Origin: Octopus sinensis
Taxonomy: Eukaryota
Direction of reading: 5' to 3'
Length of the DNA stretch: 64,000 bases
Assembly: GCF_006345805.1 (NCBI RefSeq)
Contig: NC_043009.1
Span: forward strand, 16,306,001 to 16,370,000
Numbering within the stretch: position 1 is the first letter of the stretch; the number at the start of each line of letters is the position of its first letter. Of the stretch, positions 25,992 to 38,885 are shown piece after piece. A program made the translations under genes and the position numbers. The notes beneath the pieces are model-generated. The model saw only the letters and a program-made list of their open reading frames with translations. It had not been told where the DNA came from and did not search any database.

Positions 25992-27364
25992 TCGCTTAGG
26001 CATAGCGATACTAATACCTGGTGTTAGAAATCAATATATGAATTCTTCAGAACAAAGCGACATTCCAGTACAGAGGGGTAGTGACTTTTGCCGATGCATG
26101 TCTTTATAGTTCTAAGCTGTATGGACGTGTGTGTGTGCGTGCGCGCACGCGTGTGTGTATGCATATGTGTGTGTGTGTGTTGAAAATTGAAGATCATCTC
26201 CGTTCCTATTCTGAACCACTTCCACTTCAATTTTGGTTAAAAACCAATTGGAACTTCACTTTTGAATACTTACATAAACTCCAATACTTTCCATGGAGTT
26301 TCACTCTCCGATTGCTGAATTTTGATGCATACCTTGTATACATATATCTATATATGTGTGTGTGTATGCGTATGTGTGTGTATGTATGTTTGTATGTATG
26401 TATGTATGTATGTTTGATATGTATGTATGTAAGTTTGTAAGTACGTATTCATGTTTATGAATGAGTATGTATACATGTATGTATGAATGTATATATGTAT
26501 ATATACGTGTGCTTGTGTATGTATATAGGTACATACATACGTACGAAAGTAATGGTAAGTGTTTATATCGTATGAATTAATAAAAGTAATTAGGTTAATT
26601 CCAAGATACATGAAGCTGCTACTTTCGGAACTGTGTATCGTCAGTATAAAGCAAAAACGAAAAGGAAAATGCTGAATATAAAACAAAAAACAATCCATTA
26701 TAAAATCAATACTATTATAAGGTCTGAGTTAACATATTGATATTTTTTCGTATCAGTTAATATCTGCCCGTGTATAATTTCTAAATACTTTTAATGAAAT
26801 ATTTCATGTAACCATTAATGCTTATTATTCATGGAAGTTTTTGGTATTAAAAAAAATGCATGTTTGCGTGAATGTATGCCGTGCCGCATGTGTATGTGTT
26901 GCGCGCGCGTGTGTGTGTGTGTTTATCGCAGTATTAAGCTTTCGTTGAAAACGGGCTTGGTGAGGCGGTTTGTTTTGCTTTCTCCAATAGAAAAGTTTCA
27001 GTTAAGTGGCTATTTTTGACGCGATAACATAGCAACTAACTTCTGTCTGCTCTTAAATTTATTGCTATGTAATTTATCATATATAGAAAAACTTTATACA
27101 TATAAAAGATACAAGAAAAATAACAGATGTGCGTGTGTGTGTGTGTGTGAAGTTTTTAAACTTTCGAGGAAACGTGAAACAATTCGTTGTTTGGAATAAT
27201 CTACTGGAGATGAGGTTTCATGTCACATGAGTGGCCTTCAACAAAGGCCATGATTTATAGCTTAAATGGGCTTCGAGATCCATCATTGGCAAAGAGAATT
27301 ATATATACATATATATATATTAAATATATAATTATAGAAATATGAAAAATATGATTATAATTAA

Positions 27365-27771
27365 GGGCGCTGGAAGTCCAGCGCCAAAACGCTATAGGTA
27401 GATGTCAAATATCTACAAGCCACCTTGAATTTGTTCTCAATTATTCTTTTCTACTCTTGGCACAAAGCCCGAAATTTTTAGGGAGGGGGCTAGACAATTA
27501 GATCCACACCAGCATGGAACTGGTACTTAATCTATCGACCCCGAAGGGATGAAAGGCAAAGTCGACCTCGGCGGAATTTGACCTTAGAACACCTTGTTCT
27601 CTATTATTATAGGCTGAATGCGGGTGAATGGGCATGAAGATTTACATCTTATTCGAAATTTTGTAAATCTTCTTGAGCATCCCCCCGCATTCTGCCTATA
27701 ATAATAGAGAACAAATTTTGAGTGGCTTCTAAACATGCTTCTAGCGTATTGGCGTTGGCCTTCCAGCGCCC
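27365..27771. mobile_element. palindromic foldback element flanked by TTAA, with a nested SINE-B fragment (about 27440-27590, minus)
   Basis: ttaa|gggcgctggaag...cttccagcgccc|ttaa; inner ~120-nt hairpin at 27594-27714; ttgttctc duplicated around the SINE (27431 and 27594). Confidence 0.85.
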
Positions 27772-27898
27772 TTAACTATATTTACATTTTTATAATTATA
27801 TACTTAAAAATAAATTTTACCGATGTGGTGGTTTTTTATACGCTAGTCACTGATATAATCATTTTAATGATTATATCCTGAATTTATAAGTATAAATT

Positions 27899-29109
27899 GC
27901 TGAGTAAAAAGTATGCAACGTTTTGAATCATGAAGAATTTGTCCCGGATTTTTGCAGAGTTTCCTTTTTTTTAAACATTCTTTTGCAATTGTCTGATAAT
28001 ACAGACATAGAATTGCTCAAATGCATCAATAAATTAACATCGATATTTTTTTCACCATCGTTACAATCATCTGAAATATTCGAGCAATTTTGCTATTCAA
28101 CTTCAAAAAAGGAACGTAAAGCAGCTGAAACTGCTCGCGATATCAACGAAACCTTTGGTGAGGAAATGACCAGTGAGTGATCAGCTCGAAAATGGTTTGA
28201 GACCTGAGCCATGAAGATCGTGAGCGTAGTGGTCACCCATCCGTATCGATGACGGTCAATTAAAGACCGTCATAGAGAAAGAGCCACGTAAAACCACTCG
28301 AGAACTAGTAAAAGAATTTCAAACGAGCCAGAAAACTGCCTGCAACCATTTGCATGCGATCAGAAAATCAAAAAAAAATCGATAAATGAGTACCATACAA
28401 TTTGAAAAAAAATCAGAACATACGAAGATATGAAATTTGCTCGTCGCTTCTTCCCCATAACCTGATCGATCCATTTCTCGACCGTATTGCAACTTGCCAT
28501 AAAAAGTGGATTCTGTACAATAATAAAAAAACGTTCTTTGTTGTGGTTGGACAAAATGAAACGATGAAAACTTTCCCTAACAGTTACTGTAACCTTCAAA
28601 AAGAAGGTTATGGTGACTGGTGTACTGCTGCATTCATCCAATATAACTTCTTAAGTCCCGGAAATTGCCAAAATGAACGAACACTTCTACTCCTCCGTCC
28701 CAGACTGGTCAACCGAAGAGGTCCAATCATTCTTCATGACAATACTCGACCACATATTTCCATAATGACGCTCCAGAAGTTGAGGGAACTTGGCTACGAA
28801 CTTCTTCCCCACCCAGCTTATTCCTCAGACCTTTCTCCTACCGTCTACCAGTTTTTCAAGCCCCTCCCATGGTTTCCTGCGAGACGAGGTGTTCAAAAGT
28901 CAAACTGATTCTGAAAGTGCGTTCAATGAGTTCATTAGCAGCAGAACTCCAGATTTTTGCGTAACCGAAATAAACAAACTTGTAATTCGTTGGCAAGAAT
29001 GCGTTGATTGTAATGGTACTTACTTTCATGAATAAAATTTCCGCAAATTTGAAATATATTGTGATGAGTTTCATGTTTCAAAACGTTGCTTACTTTTTAC
29101 TCAGCTTGA
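27899..29109 (+). mobile_element. mariner (Tc1/mariner DD34D type, Hsmar1/cecropia-like) element with pseudogenised transposase
   Basis: 29-bp TIRs gctgagtaaaaagtatgcaacgttttgaa (27899-27927) and 29077-29105, one mismatch. Motifs KAAETARDINETFG, IATCHKKWILYNN, LHDNTRPH, HPAYSSDLSP, RWQECVDCNGTYF; stops and frameshifts. Confidence 0.95.
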
Positions 29110-29129
29110 TATATATATATAGGCAGAGG

Positions 29130-29545
29130 AGGGGGCTGCGTGGTAAGGAGCTTGCCTCCAAACCATATGGTTCCAGGTTCAGTCCCACTGCGTGGCACCA
29201 TGGTTAAGTGTCTTCTACGTAGCCTCGGTCCGACCAAAGCCTTGTGTGTGGATTTGGTAGACAGAATCTTAAAGCCCGTTGTATGTGTGTGTGTGTGTGT
29301 GTGTCTGTGTCTGTGTGTGTGCGTGTGTGTGTGTGTGTGTTTGTGTGTTTGTGTGTCCATGTTTGTTACCCACCATCGCTTGACAGCTGATGTTGGTACG
29401 TTTACATCTCTTAACTTAGCGGTTCGGCAAAAGACCTGATAGAATAAGTACTATTGTTACAAAGAATAAGTCCTTGGGATGATTTGTTCGATTAAACGCA
29501 GTGCTTCAACATGGTCACAGTCAAATGACTGAAACAAATAAAAGA
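29130..29545 (+). mobile_element. SINE family A, full length
   Basis: gcgtggtaaggagcttgcc...ggttcagtccc...gactgaaacaaataaaag, abutting the TA run at the mariner right end. Confidence 0.92.
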
Positions 29546-29550
29546 ATAAA

Positions 29551-29598
<48 letters not shown>

Positions 29599-29609
29599 TG
29601 TGTGCGTGC

Positions 29610-29652
<43 letters not shown>

Positions 29653-29656
<4 letters not shown>

Positions 29657-29860
29657 ATCCAAATATGAAAACACAAAGAGAAAACACAACAACGCGAGGA
29701 CGTGGAACAAGTATAGTATTATTGGACGCTCAGGAAAGAAGGAGGGTTTAACGTTTCGAGCGGAGCTCTTCGTCAGAAACATAGGAAAAGGAAAGATCCA
29801 AAGAAGGGAAGACGGAGGAAAAACAAATCGCCAACGGTAGACACGCGGTCACATTTTGAA
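29653..29860 (-). mobile_element. ~210-bp hammerhead-bearing non-autonomous element (Penelope-like terminus)
   Basis: Second copy at 62531-62742 has the same 5' (ttcaaaatgtgacc) and 3' (ggattaact) ends; both lie in (TA)/(TG) microsatellite. Confidence 0.85.
29746..29780 (-). ncRNA. minimal type I hammerhead ribozyme motif, core intact
   Basis: Minus strand: gttt CTGACGA a gagc-tcc-gctc GAA ACGT T aaac. Palindromic 4-nt stem III, GUU cleavage triplet, 4-bp stem I. Confidence 0.8.
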
Positions 29861-30004
29861 TATATATATACACACACACGGATACATGTATATACACAGA
29901 CACACACATATATATATGTACACATAGGTGTGGGTGTGTGCACGCGCGTACTGACGTGCGTCCCTGTGCGTGTGAGAGAGTGCACGCGCGCGTATCTATA
30001 CATA

Positions 30005-30160
30005 TAATTTGGAGTGAAGAACAGCTCTTTCGAGAGGTTACACTTTCCGCTTATGATGTTGTGAGCAAGAATGAGATCTCCACGGCGTCGTCGTTTTTCT
30101 AGAGAATAAAGGTCGACCGTCTTCAGCCTTTCCTCATAAGACAAATTCTTGTTCATTAAT
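30005..30160 (-). pseudogene. CR1/L2-type LINE ORF2 C-terminal fragment
   Basis: LSYEERLKTVDLYSLEKRRRRGDLI motif typical of the CR1/L2 C-terminus. Confidence 0.85.
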
Positions 30161-31068
30161 GTTTGCTATACGTGTGGCGGGGGGACGTGTTGGGGAAAAT
30201 AGGAGGTCAAAAGTGAAGTAGACCAACAAAATAGCAACTCGATATAACAGATGGATGGATGTGTGGGGCGTGGGGTGGGGTAAGACTGCTTGTATCAAAT
30301 TGTATAACTGAATATTTGAATGAGTGCCGGATATATTACATAGTGTATAATTCTTATTTTTAAATGTCATTGGAAAGTACAGTAAATAGTCATAACATCC
30401 CACAACTGATTAGCATAGCAGCGATGTCAAGAGTGAAAACGATGTTGGCAAGATATTCATGGAAAGAATTTTATGTACACTCGAAATAAGAGAAAATACA
30501 TTTTTTTCAAACTCTCGTTGTCCCTCTAACGGTCATAGGAGATAATTATTTCAATATGATTCAAAGCAGTTTTCAAAATTGAAGAATTATAGACCAAAAG
30601 TTAGGTTGTTTTTTTTTTGGGGGGGGGGTAATACTTAAAACGAAATGCTTTAAATTACTAGTTATTGGTAATCATGTACAACATTATTTCATTCTCTTTA
30701 GAAATCATCAGCATGATATAACCCATGATTTATTAATTAAACAGTTTATGAAGTGAAACATTTCATTAACGACGGGAATAGTTTTCGTTATTCTAAAAGA
30801 CGTTAGATAAGAAACCTAGGTAACGTCATTTTCAGTTAAATGACACTGAAAATATAATTCTGTGTGTTTCTAGTGCTGAAGAATGCCGTATACTGAATAT
30901 GGGGAACGTAGTATGTTCCAAAGAGAAAGTGGTTTTTATTCAAAGCTGATTGAAATCCGTTTTCTTTATATTATTTCATGGATTTACATAATTTCTTTTA
31001 TTTTCGAAATTCTTATTTGGTGCCTAGGTAATAAGCTTTGGTGTCTAGGTAATAAGCTATTATTATTG

Positions 31069-31140
<72 letters not shown>

Positions 31141-31148
31141 TATTATTA

Positions 31149-31977
31149 CTTTTTTTTTCTTCTTTCAAATTTGCTTCCATTTCTTGCCGAGTGTCTTCCC
31201 GACTCCTAGGGCAAAGAAACTCATAGTATACATTGGTAGGCCATTAAACCAAACTCAATAGTTCGTTCATTTTTTTTTTTTTTAAGTTAAATTAAAATAC
31301 ATGAGCAGCAACAGTTCTCACATCGACAATGCTCTTCTCAATACGTGTGATGTACCAGTTAAGACAATCTTTTGCACTTCTTGCAGGGATGGTAAGCCAG
31401 GGATCATTCTCATATAATTTTCGGTTCCCTTCTTGATCATTCCTAGTGCTCCTACGATCACTGGTATTGTAACCGCCTTGAGATGCCACATTTTCTCAAT
31501 TTCAATGAGTAGGTCTTTATATTTTCTGAGCTTGTCAAACTCTTTCGCTGAGATATTATGATCACAGGGGATGCTCATGTCGATCAATAAGCAAACTTTA
31601 TTGTTTTGGTCTTTCACAACAATATCTGGTTTATTGGCATTGATGGTTCGGTCTGTATGTACTGGAAAGTCCCACAGAATGGTTACATTTTCTCCTTCAG
31701 TTACAGCCTCAGGGTGGTGATTATAGCACTTGGCGGCAGTTCTGATATTGTAATGCCGACTTATTAGCCAGTGTAGATATTGGCCAACTCTATCATGTCT
31801 TAATTTATACTCCACTGGTGCTAAGACTTTACATCCAGAGATTAGGTGGTCCACTGTTTCAATCATGTCGTTGCAGAATCGGCATTTTGGGTCTGCTCCA
31901 TTTTTCATCACATTGGCCTGGTAGTTCCGGGTTAATAGGCTTTGATCTTGAGCAGCCAGGATGAAACCTTCGCTCTC
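31149..31977 (-). mobile_element. 5'-truncated R4/Dong-type element with open C-terminal frame, flanked by (TAA)n on both sides
   Basis: ESEGFILAAQDQ..CRFC..ETVDHLISGC..RHD..NKPDIVV..LIDMSIP..K..KY..IVGALG..LRRALSM* (stop 31318-31320), then 3' UTR. Confidence 0.95.
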
Positions 31978-32000
31978 TATTATTATTATTATTATTATTA

Positions 32001-32068
<68 letters not shown>

Positions 32069-32142
32069 GTTATTATGATTATTATTATCATTATTATTAT
32101 TGTTATTGTTATTATTATTATCAACATCATCATTATCATTTA

Positions 32143-32300
32143 AAAGCGGCGAGCTGGCAGAATCGTTAACGCACCGCGCAAAATGCCTAGCGCATTTTGG
32201 CTTTCCTTACGTTCTGAGTTCAAATTCCAACGTGATCGACTTTACCTTTCATCTTTTTATTTGCCTCCCTCTAAATTGCTGGTTTATGGCAAAATTGAAA

Positions 32301-32331
<31 letters not shown>

Positions 32332-32585
32332 GTAGTAGTAGTAGTAGGAGGAGGAGGAGAAGGAGGAGGAGGAAGAGGAGGAAAGCTGCGAGCCTAGCAG
32401 AACTGTTAATATGCTGGACAAAATGTTTAGCCGCATTTTCTCCGTCTTTACGTTCTGAATTAAAATGCCGCCGAGGTCGACTTTGCCTTTCATCCTTTCA
32501 GTGAAGATGAAATAAGTGAGGTCGGTGAAATCGACTGCTTGCCCCCGCTCGCAAAATTTCAGGTTTTCTGACTATAGTAGAAAGG
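32143..32585 (+). mobile_element. two tandem SINE family B copies separated by (ACT)/(AGT)/(AGG) repeats
   Basis: Heads at about 32143 and 32380, each followed by the core. Confidence 0.85.
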
Positions 32586-32644
32586 ATTATTATTATCATC
32601 ATCATTATCATCATCATCATTATTATTATCATTATTATTATTAT

Positions 32645-33020
32645 TGAGTGAGGGAGCAATGCATGCCATCAAAGTGACACTGGGTTAAAATATACGAAAC
32701 CCAGTATAACCATCAGGACTACCCGTCTGATAAAGGTACATCAGACACAACCATATGTGTGCTACATAGTGATCTCATATCATGATAAATAGTGCATGAC
32801 CTTGCAGGTGGAGCCAAGTTAGAATTATCTTCTTGTCGAGTAGCCCATCCTGCTCAAAAAGACCCTGAGTAAGGGTCGTTTAAGGATATTGAACAAAACA
32901 CCCATGTTTCCAAAGGTGAATTATCCAAACCCTTAAGAATTCCTTTCAACACATGAATACATGACTATGATTCTCCCCACTACTTCTGCCCGTGATCAGA
33001 GATGCACATATCGTTAGCCA
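32645..33020 (-). mobile_element. unclassified retroposon-like repeat with (AAT)n tail
   Basis: The minus strand ends ...tgctccctcactc-aataataat and is flanked by (TAT)n; no ORF. Confidence 0.45.
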
Positions 33021-33021
33021 C

Positions 33022-33068
<47 letters not shown>

Positions 33069-33564
33069 TATTATTATTATTATTATTATTATTACAATAG
33101 GGACAACCTTTATGTTTGACTCTCGTGATTACCACATCTTAGCGATCTCAATTCTCCATATTTATTTATTTTTTCTCTTTCTTCCATGTAATATGTTGAT
33201 CTCCTGGCACTACCGCGTCGATTATTAGGCATTCTTGTTTGTCCTTCCTAAAGATTACTATATCCGGCCTTCAGTGCTTTAACATCTTGTCTGTCTGAAA
33301 GTCAAAATCCCAGAGGATTTTTACCTTCTTTTTGTCTATTACCTTTACTGGTGTATGTTGTTACCAATCACCCTTCATCTCGTATCCATACTTCCGTCAT
33401 AGTAGCCAGTGAACGCTTTGCGCTACCTTGTCGTGTCTGCGCTTGTACACTTTCTTCGCGCAATACTTTCACAAGCACTAACAATGTGAGTCACGCTTTC
33501 GATCCTCTTCCCACACATTCAGTAGCGGTTCGTTGCACTTGTGTGGTATATATCTCTTTTCACT

Positions 33565-34088
33565 GAGTTGGTACTCAATGCCTGATCCTGGGCAGCGATG
33601 ATTAGGCTTTCAGTTTTTTTTTCTTATGTCACCTTTGCTGAGCCACTACCATAATGTGGGCAGTACTTGTCAGCACAATTTTCTGGATCTCACTGAGACA
33701 TGGTTCTCCTCGGGTATTATCTAGATGTTTTTGACATCCCTTTCTTATCATACAGAGCACTTGCAATAACAGGAACGGTTCTCGCTTTAAGATGCCACAT
33801 CTTTTGTATTTCAATTTCCAGGTCCTTATATTTACTTAATTTGTCAAATTCCTTTACAGATGTATTTTTTATCAGTGGGAACACTTCTATTATTCTACAA
33901 GTATCTTCTTCCCTGTCTTTAATGATTATGTCCAGGTCCTTATATTTGCTTAATTTGTCCAATTCCTTTACAGATATATTTTTATCAGTGGGAACACTTA
34001 CATCTATTAGTCTACAAGTGTTTTCTTCTCTGGTTTTAATGACTACGTCTGATCGATTTTCCTGGATCGATCTGTCGGTGGCTCAGGA
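33565..34088 (-). pseudogene. rearranged R4/Dong fragment
   Basis: 114-bp tandem duplication (33817 and 33931) of the LIDVSVP..KYKDL segment, ..KIVLTSTAHI, then an out-of-order WLSKGDIRKKTESLIIAAQDQALSTN piece (33565-33652). Confidence 0.85.
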
Positions 34089-34825
34089 TGATGTTCATAC
34101 TAGTAAGCAGGAGTGATGATTAATATTTTATTACTATTACTATCATTATATTATCATCATCATCATCAACAACAACAACAGCAACAGCAGCAGCATTATT
34201 ATTATCATCAATATTCGACTTGAATGAAGTTTGGTCTTATTCCTGGTAGGATGTGGGTAATGGCTAACTACCTGTAACCTTAGATATCCACATGCTTTCA
34301 AAAATCTTTCAAGTGCTCAAAACCCTTTCTTGTCCATAAGAAATAAACTTTCTGAAGAAGCTCTACAAAACATTCCATTCCAGTTTCCTGTCCATTTCAT
34401 TCTTCACAGTTTCTAATGCAACCTTTATAGTTTGCATACTACAAATTCCCGCTATTTCGAATTATTAGGGATTGTATTTTTTTTTATTTTTCATCTTCTT
34501 TCTTTACAATCCCAGAATCAAACGGACGTGATGGATCAATCAGTATGCGTCTTTGCCTTTCCTTGTCTAATTCTGTTACATCTGGTTTATTATATTCCCG
34601 ATTCCTATCCGTTTGAGGAGGAAAATCTCATAAAATCTTACATTTCGCCAAATCAAACACTCTTTCAACCCAATGGTCATACCACATACTTCCAGCTTCC
34701 CCATTTCTGACGACGAAGTTTCCGGTGCAAAATTGTTGTTGTTGTTGTTGTTGTTTTTGTTGTTACTGCAGCTGTTGTTGTTGTTATTGTTGCTGCTGTT
34801 GTTGTTGTTGTTGTTGTTGTTGTAG

Positions 34826-34857
<32 letters not shown>

Positions 34858-34874
34858 GGTGGTGGTGGTGTTGG

Positions 34875-34904
<30 letters not shown>

Positions 34905-34908
<4 letters not shown>

Positions 34909-35375
34909 AAGGACGTGAGCTGGCAGAATCGTTAGCACACTGAGCAAAGTGCTAAGCGGCATTTCGTCCGCCTTTACTTTCTGGGTTCAAATTTCGCCAA
35001 AGTCAGCATTGCTTTTCGTCCTTTCGGAGTCGATAAAATAAATATCAGTTGAGCACTGGAGTCAATTTAATCGGCTTGGCCCCTCCACCCAAATTGCTGC
35101 CTTTTGTGCCAAATTTCGAAATTAATAATATATCGTTATTGCTGTTGTTTTAAGGTGGCGAGCTGGCAGAGTCGATACCGCACCGGGCAAAATGCTGAAT
35201 GGTATTTCGTCCGTCTTTTTGTTAATATGTTCTGAGTTCAAATTTCAGTGAGATCGAAGTTGCCTTTCACCCTTTCAGAGTCGATAAAACAAGTACCAGT
35301 TACGCACTAGGGTCGATGTAATCGACTTAGCCCCTACCCTAAATTTTCCGACCTTATGCCTATAGTACAAAGTAT
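34905..35375 (+). mobile_element. two tandem SINE family B copies
   Basis: Heads at about 34908 and 35153 (gagctggcaga), after a (GTT)/(GGT) tract. Confidence 0.88.
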
Positions 35376-37114
35376 TATTGTTGTTTCAACAAGTTTTTTT
35401 CCCATAACTATTACTAATTCTATGCCTTTAAGCTGCTACAACACGTCTGTAAGAATGAAACGAGAATCTTATGTTTACTACAGTTAACTCTGTTAAAATT
35501 TTAGTGAAGAAAACGTTTCCCATCCGATGGCGGAGACAGTCTCCACTGTGATCAGCTGGCACACGATTTTAGCTAGCATCATAACTAAAACTGTTCGCTT
35601 TTAGTTGTAAAATGTCGACACAGTTTCGTTGAAGAGGTGCAAAGTAGCAAAGACGAAGGAACATGAAAAAGATAAATTATTCAGCAATAAACTAAAAAGA
35701 TATCAATTTCTTTTATTTATTTTTTTGTTTTCAAACATCGATATTGTTTTCTCACTCTCAAAATTTTCTTTCTCTCTGCTTTTCAATTCTCATTTTTGCT
35801 TTAACATCTTTCACCTTTTTTCTTACATTTTCTACCATATTGTATTGTTTTCCCCCATTTTCCCACTCTTCCATTCTCCTACAGATTCTCTTGCCTTTAT
35901 TCTCAAGCATTCACAGTCTCTCTTTCACTCTTTCTCTGTCTTTCCCTCTCTCTCTTTCCCTCTCTCTCTCTCTTTCTTTATCTATCTATCTTACTCTCAC
36001 GCTTTATTTTTCCTTTCTTTCTCTTCAAAACATTTTGTCACTTTATTTTTTCATATTATTTCCTTCTCAAATTTTTTCACTCTCTCTTTTACACTTAATC
36101 TCTGTCCTAAACTATCTTCTCAATTTCTTTCTCTCCTGCTTTGTCTCTTAGCCATTATTACTCTCCTCTCTTCTCATCTCTCCCCTCTTAGTCTTACTCT
36201 TTCAGCTTCTCTCTCTCTCTCTAACTAGCTTTCTCTTGAACTATCCTACAACTACTTTCAACCGCTTTCAACTACTTTATCATTCAAATGTTATATTTAG
36301 CCATCCTTCTATCCATCTATCTACCTTGCTAACAATAAATCTATACATTTATTTGCTTCCCATCTTCATTTCTTTTGAGATGCTTGTAGCAAAAGATCCA
36401 GCTGTTTTTGTAAGACCGAAACATCAAATTCAAAATTGATTTTTAATTATAGTATATCGAGTACGTTTCGTTCTTCTTTTCTGCGTATTTTTTATTCAGC
36501 TATCGATTTTCTTGGTCATTATTCTTTGTGTTTTTTAATTGATTTTTACGATTTCATTTAGTATATTTTTTTATAGTTTAATTAACTGTATTTATACTTG
36601 TTATTTTTTCATGGTAGAGCCAGGAGATATTTAATTCAGCATGAAAGTTAAAGAATGAACAACATTGAACCTCGCTTCTTTTATATCACTTTCGAAACCA
36701 GATTTCAACTACAGAAGGGAAAAAACATTTTTCTATATTTCTTAATCCTTATTTAAAGGAAAAGACATAATTGTCTCTGATAGAAAACCATGCATTTATA
36801 GGAAAGTGTTAATGAAATTAACTTACAATCATAGATTTCTCGGGGGCTTTAGCGGGAAAGGGGAAGCGAATATATTTCAACAGGAAATCGAAACCGTTTC
36901 GCAAGACTTGTTCAGAGGAAGTGTAAAACCTTACTGAGCCGAATACAACACTTTTAATTCTCGTCATCATGACTGCTGAATATCATCTCTCTGCTGGCGA
37001 TCATGCTTTTACACACACACACACGCACACACTTGTACACGCATACACACATATCGTCCATCTCTAGGCAGAGCTTTGTTTTATGTATAGAGACACTGAT
37101 GTAAAGGTGAGTTG

Positions 37115-37424
37115 TTTAGCGGTTAGGGTGTTCAGTTTACGATCGCAAAGTTGTGAATAATTCGAAAACCAGCGGTGCGTTGTGTCCTTGAGCAAGACAC
37201 TTTATTTCACATTGCTGCAGCCTAATCAGCTGCCAAAAATGCGTAGCATCTGTATTTTAAAGGGACAGCCTTGTTACATTCTGTGTCACGCTGAATCTCC
37301 CTGGGAACGACGTTAAGTGTACGCGTGTCTGTGGAGTGCTCAACCACTTGCACGTTGACTTCATGAACAGGCTGTTCCGTTGATCGGATCAGTTGGAACC
37401 CTCGTCGTCGTAACCGACGGAGTG
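37115..37424 (+). mobile_element. tRNA-headed SINE family C
   Basis: gcggttagggtgttc...tgtgtccttgagcaagacacttta...ggaaccctcgtcgtcgtaaccgacggagtg. Confidence 0.75.
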
Positions 37425-38499
37425 TAAGTTAGATATACTCATACGTAAAAGGCAAGCTATAAGTTTAGCTGCATTTATATCAATTGTTCAAACAAACACT
37501 AAACGAAGTGTTCTTAAGGAACATCTTTTAGCAGTTCGCTAACTTTGAATTAATACCTCCGCCCTGAGGATACTAAAAATGTTCGATAAAACTCTTTGGG
37601 CCGATGGGACTGTTCTTTGGGACGATTAATACTTGTGGGTCAAAAGACAGTTGACTGAATTATTGCTGTGGAAAGCTGGCATCGCAAAAGAAATAAAAAT
37701 ATATATGATAATGCAATAAAATACAACGTACTAATATACATTTCTGATCTATACATAATTATTATTGTTTATTTTACTCTGTTTTCTAAAATATAACGAT
37801 ATAGCTATAATAGGTTATCATTAGATGAAATCACAAGGGAGTGAAAAGTTGAATGAGTGTAATATTCTTTCCATAACGGCAAATCGACTTAAGATTATTC
37901 TTTAATGATACACTCGATAAATAAATTAGCTATATTATTCACCATTAACATCGCAGTTTTGTGATACTTCAAAGTATTTAGTTTTAGATTCATTTTTCTT
38001 CATGTAAGAAGAGAAAATTTTGGTTAAGTCAGTGCTGGCCTTTCGCCGCGTCAGATTCCGTGCTACGCCGCCATAGTGGAACCAAATAATCTAGTGACAA
38101 CCAGTGAAACTTATAGCTATTCTGATAGCACGGCACTGACTAGCCTGGCTTTACAGTAATTAGGTAACTTACTCTGAATTTTACTTCTGTATGATACTGA
38201 CAGCAAGATGAAAAGAGCCATTGAAATTAATGTTGTTTGTTTTATGTGAAACAGCGTAGAGCCGAGTAATATATCATTAACACTAGCACTTTCATCGTGG
38301 CTGGAGAATGGGTTTGAGGTGAGAGAGACATATTTCCAACATATAATTTGTTGACCCCAAAATAATAATTGGCGAAGTCGACTCATATTTCTCACACAAT
38401 ATGAAGAGTGACGAAATTAAATGCTGCAGACTACAGTGCCTTACGGTCTCCTGTAGCTCACGACATTATCACAACAAAGTTTATATTTCTTAAATTTTC

Positions 38500-38885
38500 C
38501 CAGGCGTGGCTTTATGGTAAGAAGCTTGCTTCCTAACCACATGATTTTAGATTCAGTCCCACTACGTGGCACTTTGGGCAAGTGCCTCTGGCCGACTAAA
38601 GCCTTGTGAGCGGATTTGTTAGACGGAAACTGAAAGAAGCTCGTCATATATATATGTGTGTGTGTGTGCGTGTGTGTTTGTATTTTGTGATTGTCCCTCC
38701 ACCGTCGCTTGACAACCGATATTGGTGTGTTTATGTCCTCGTAACTTAGCGGTTCGGCAAAAGAGACCGAGAGAATAATTACTAAGCTTACAAAGAATAA
38801 GTCTTGGGGTTGATTCGTTCGACTAAAGGCGGCGCTCCAGCATGGCTGAAACAGCATGACTGAAACAAATAAAAGAATAAAAGAA
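38500..38885 (+). mobile_element. SINE family A, full length
   Basis: ggtaagaagcttgcttcctaaccac...gactgaaacaaataaaag. Confidence 0.92.

Noticed and set aside
26605-26650. Minus-strand CTGACGA..ttccGAAA
   Set aside because: Stem II cannot form and stem III/NUH are out of register; a similar weak case lies at 60840.
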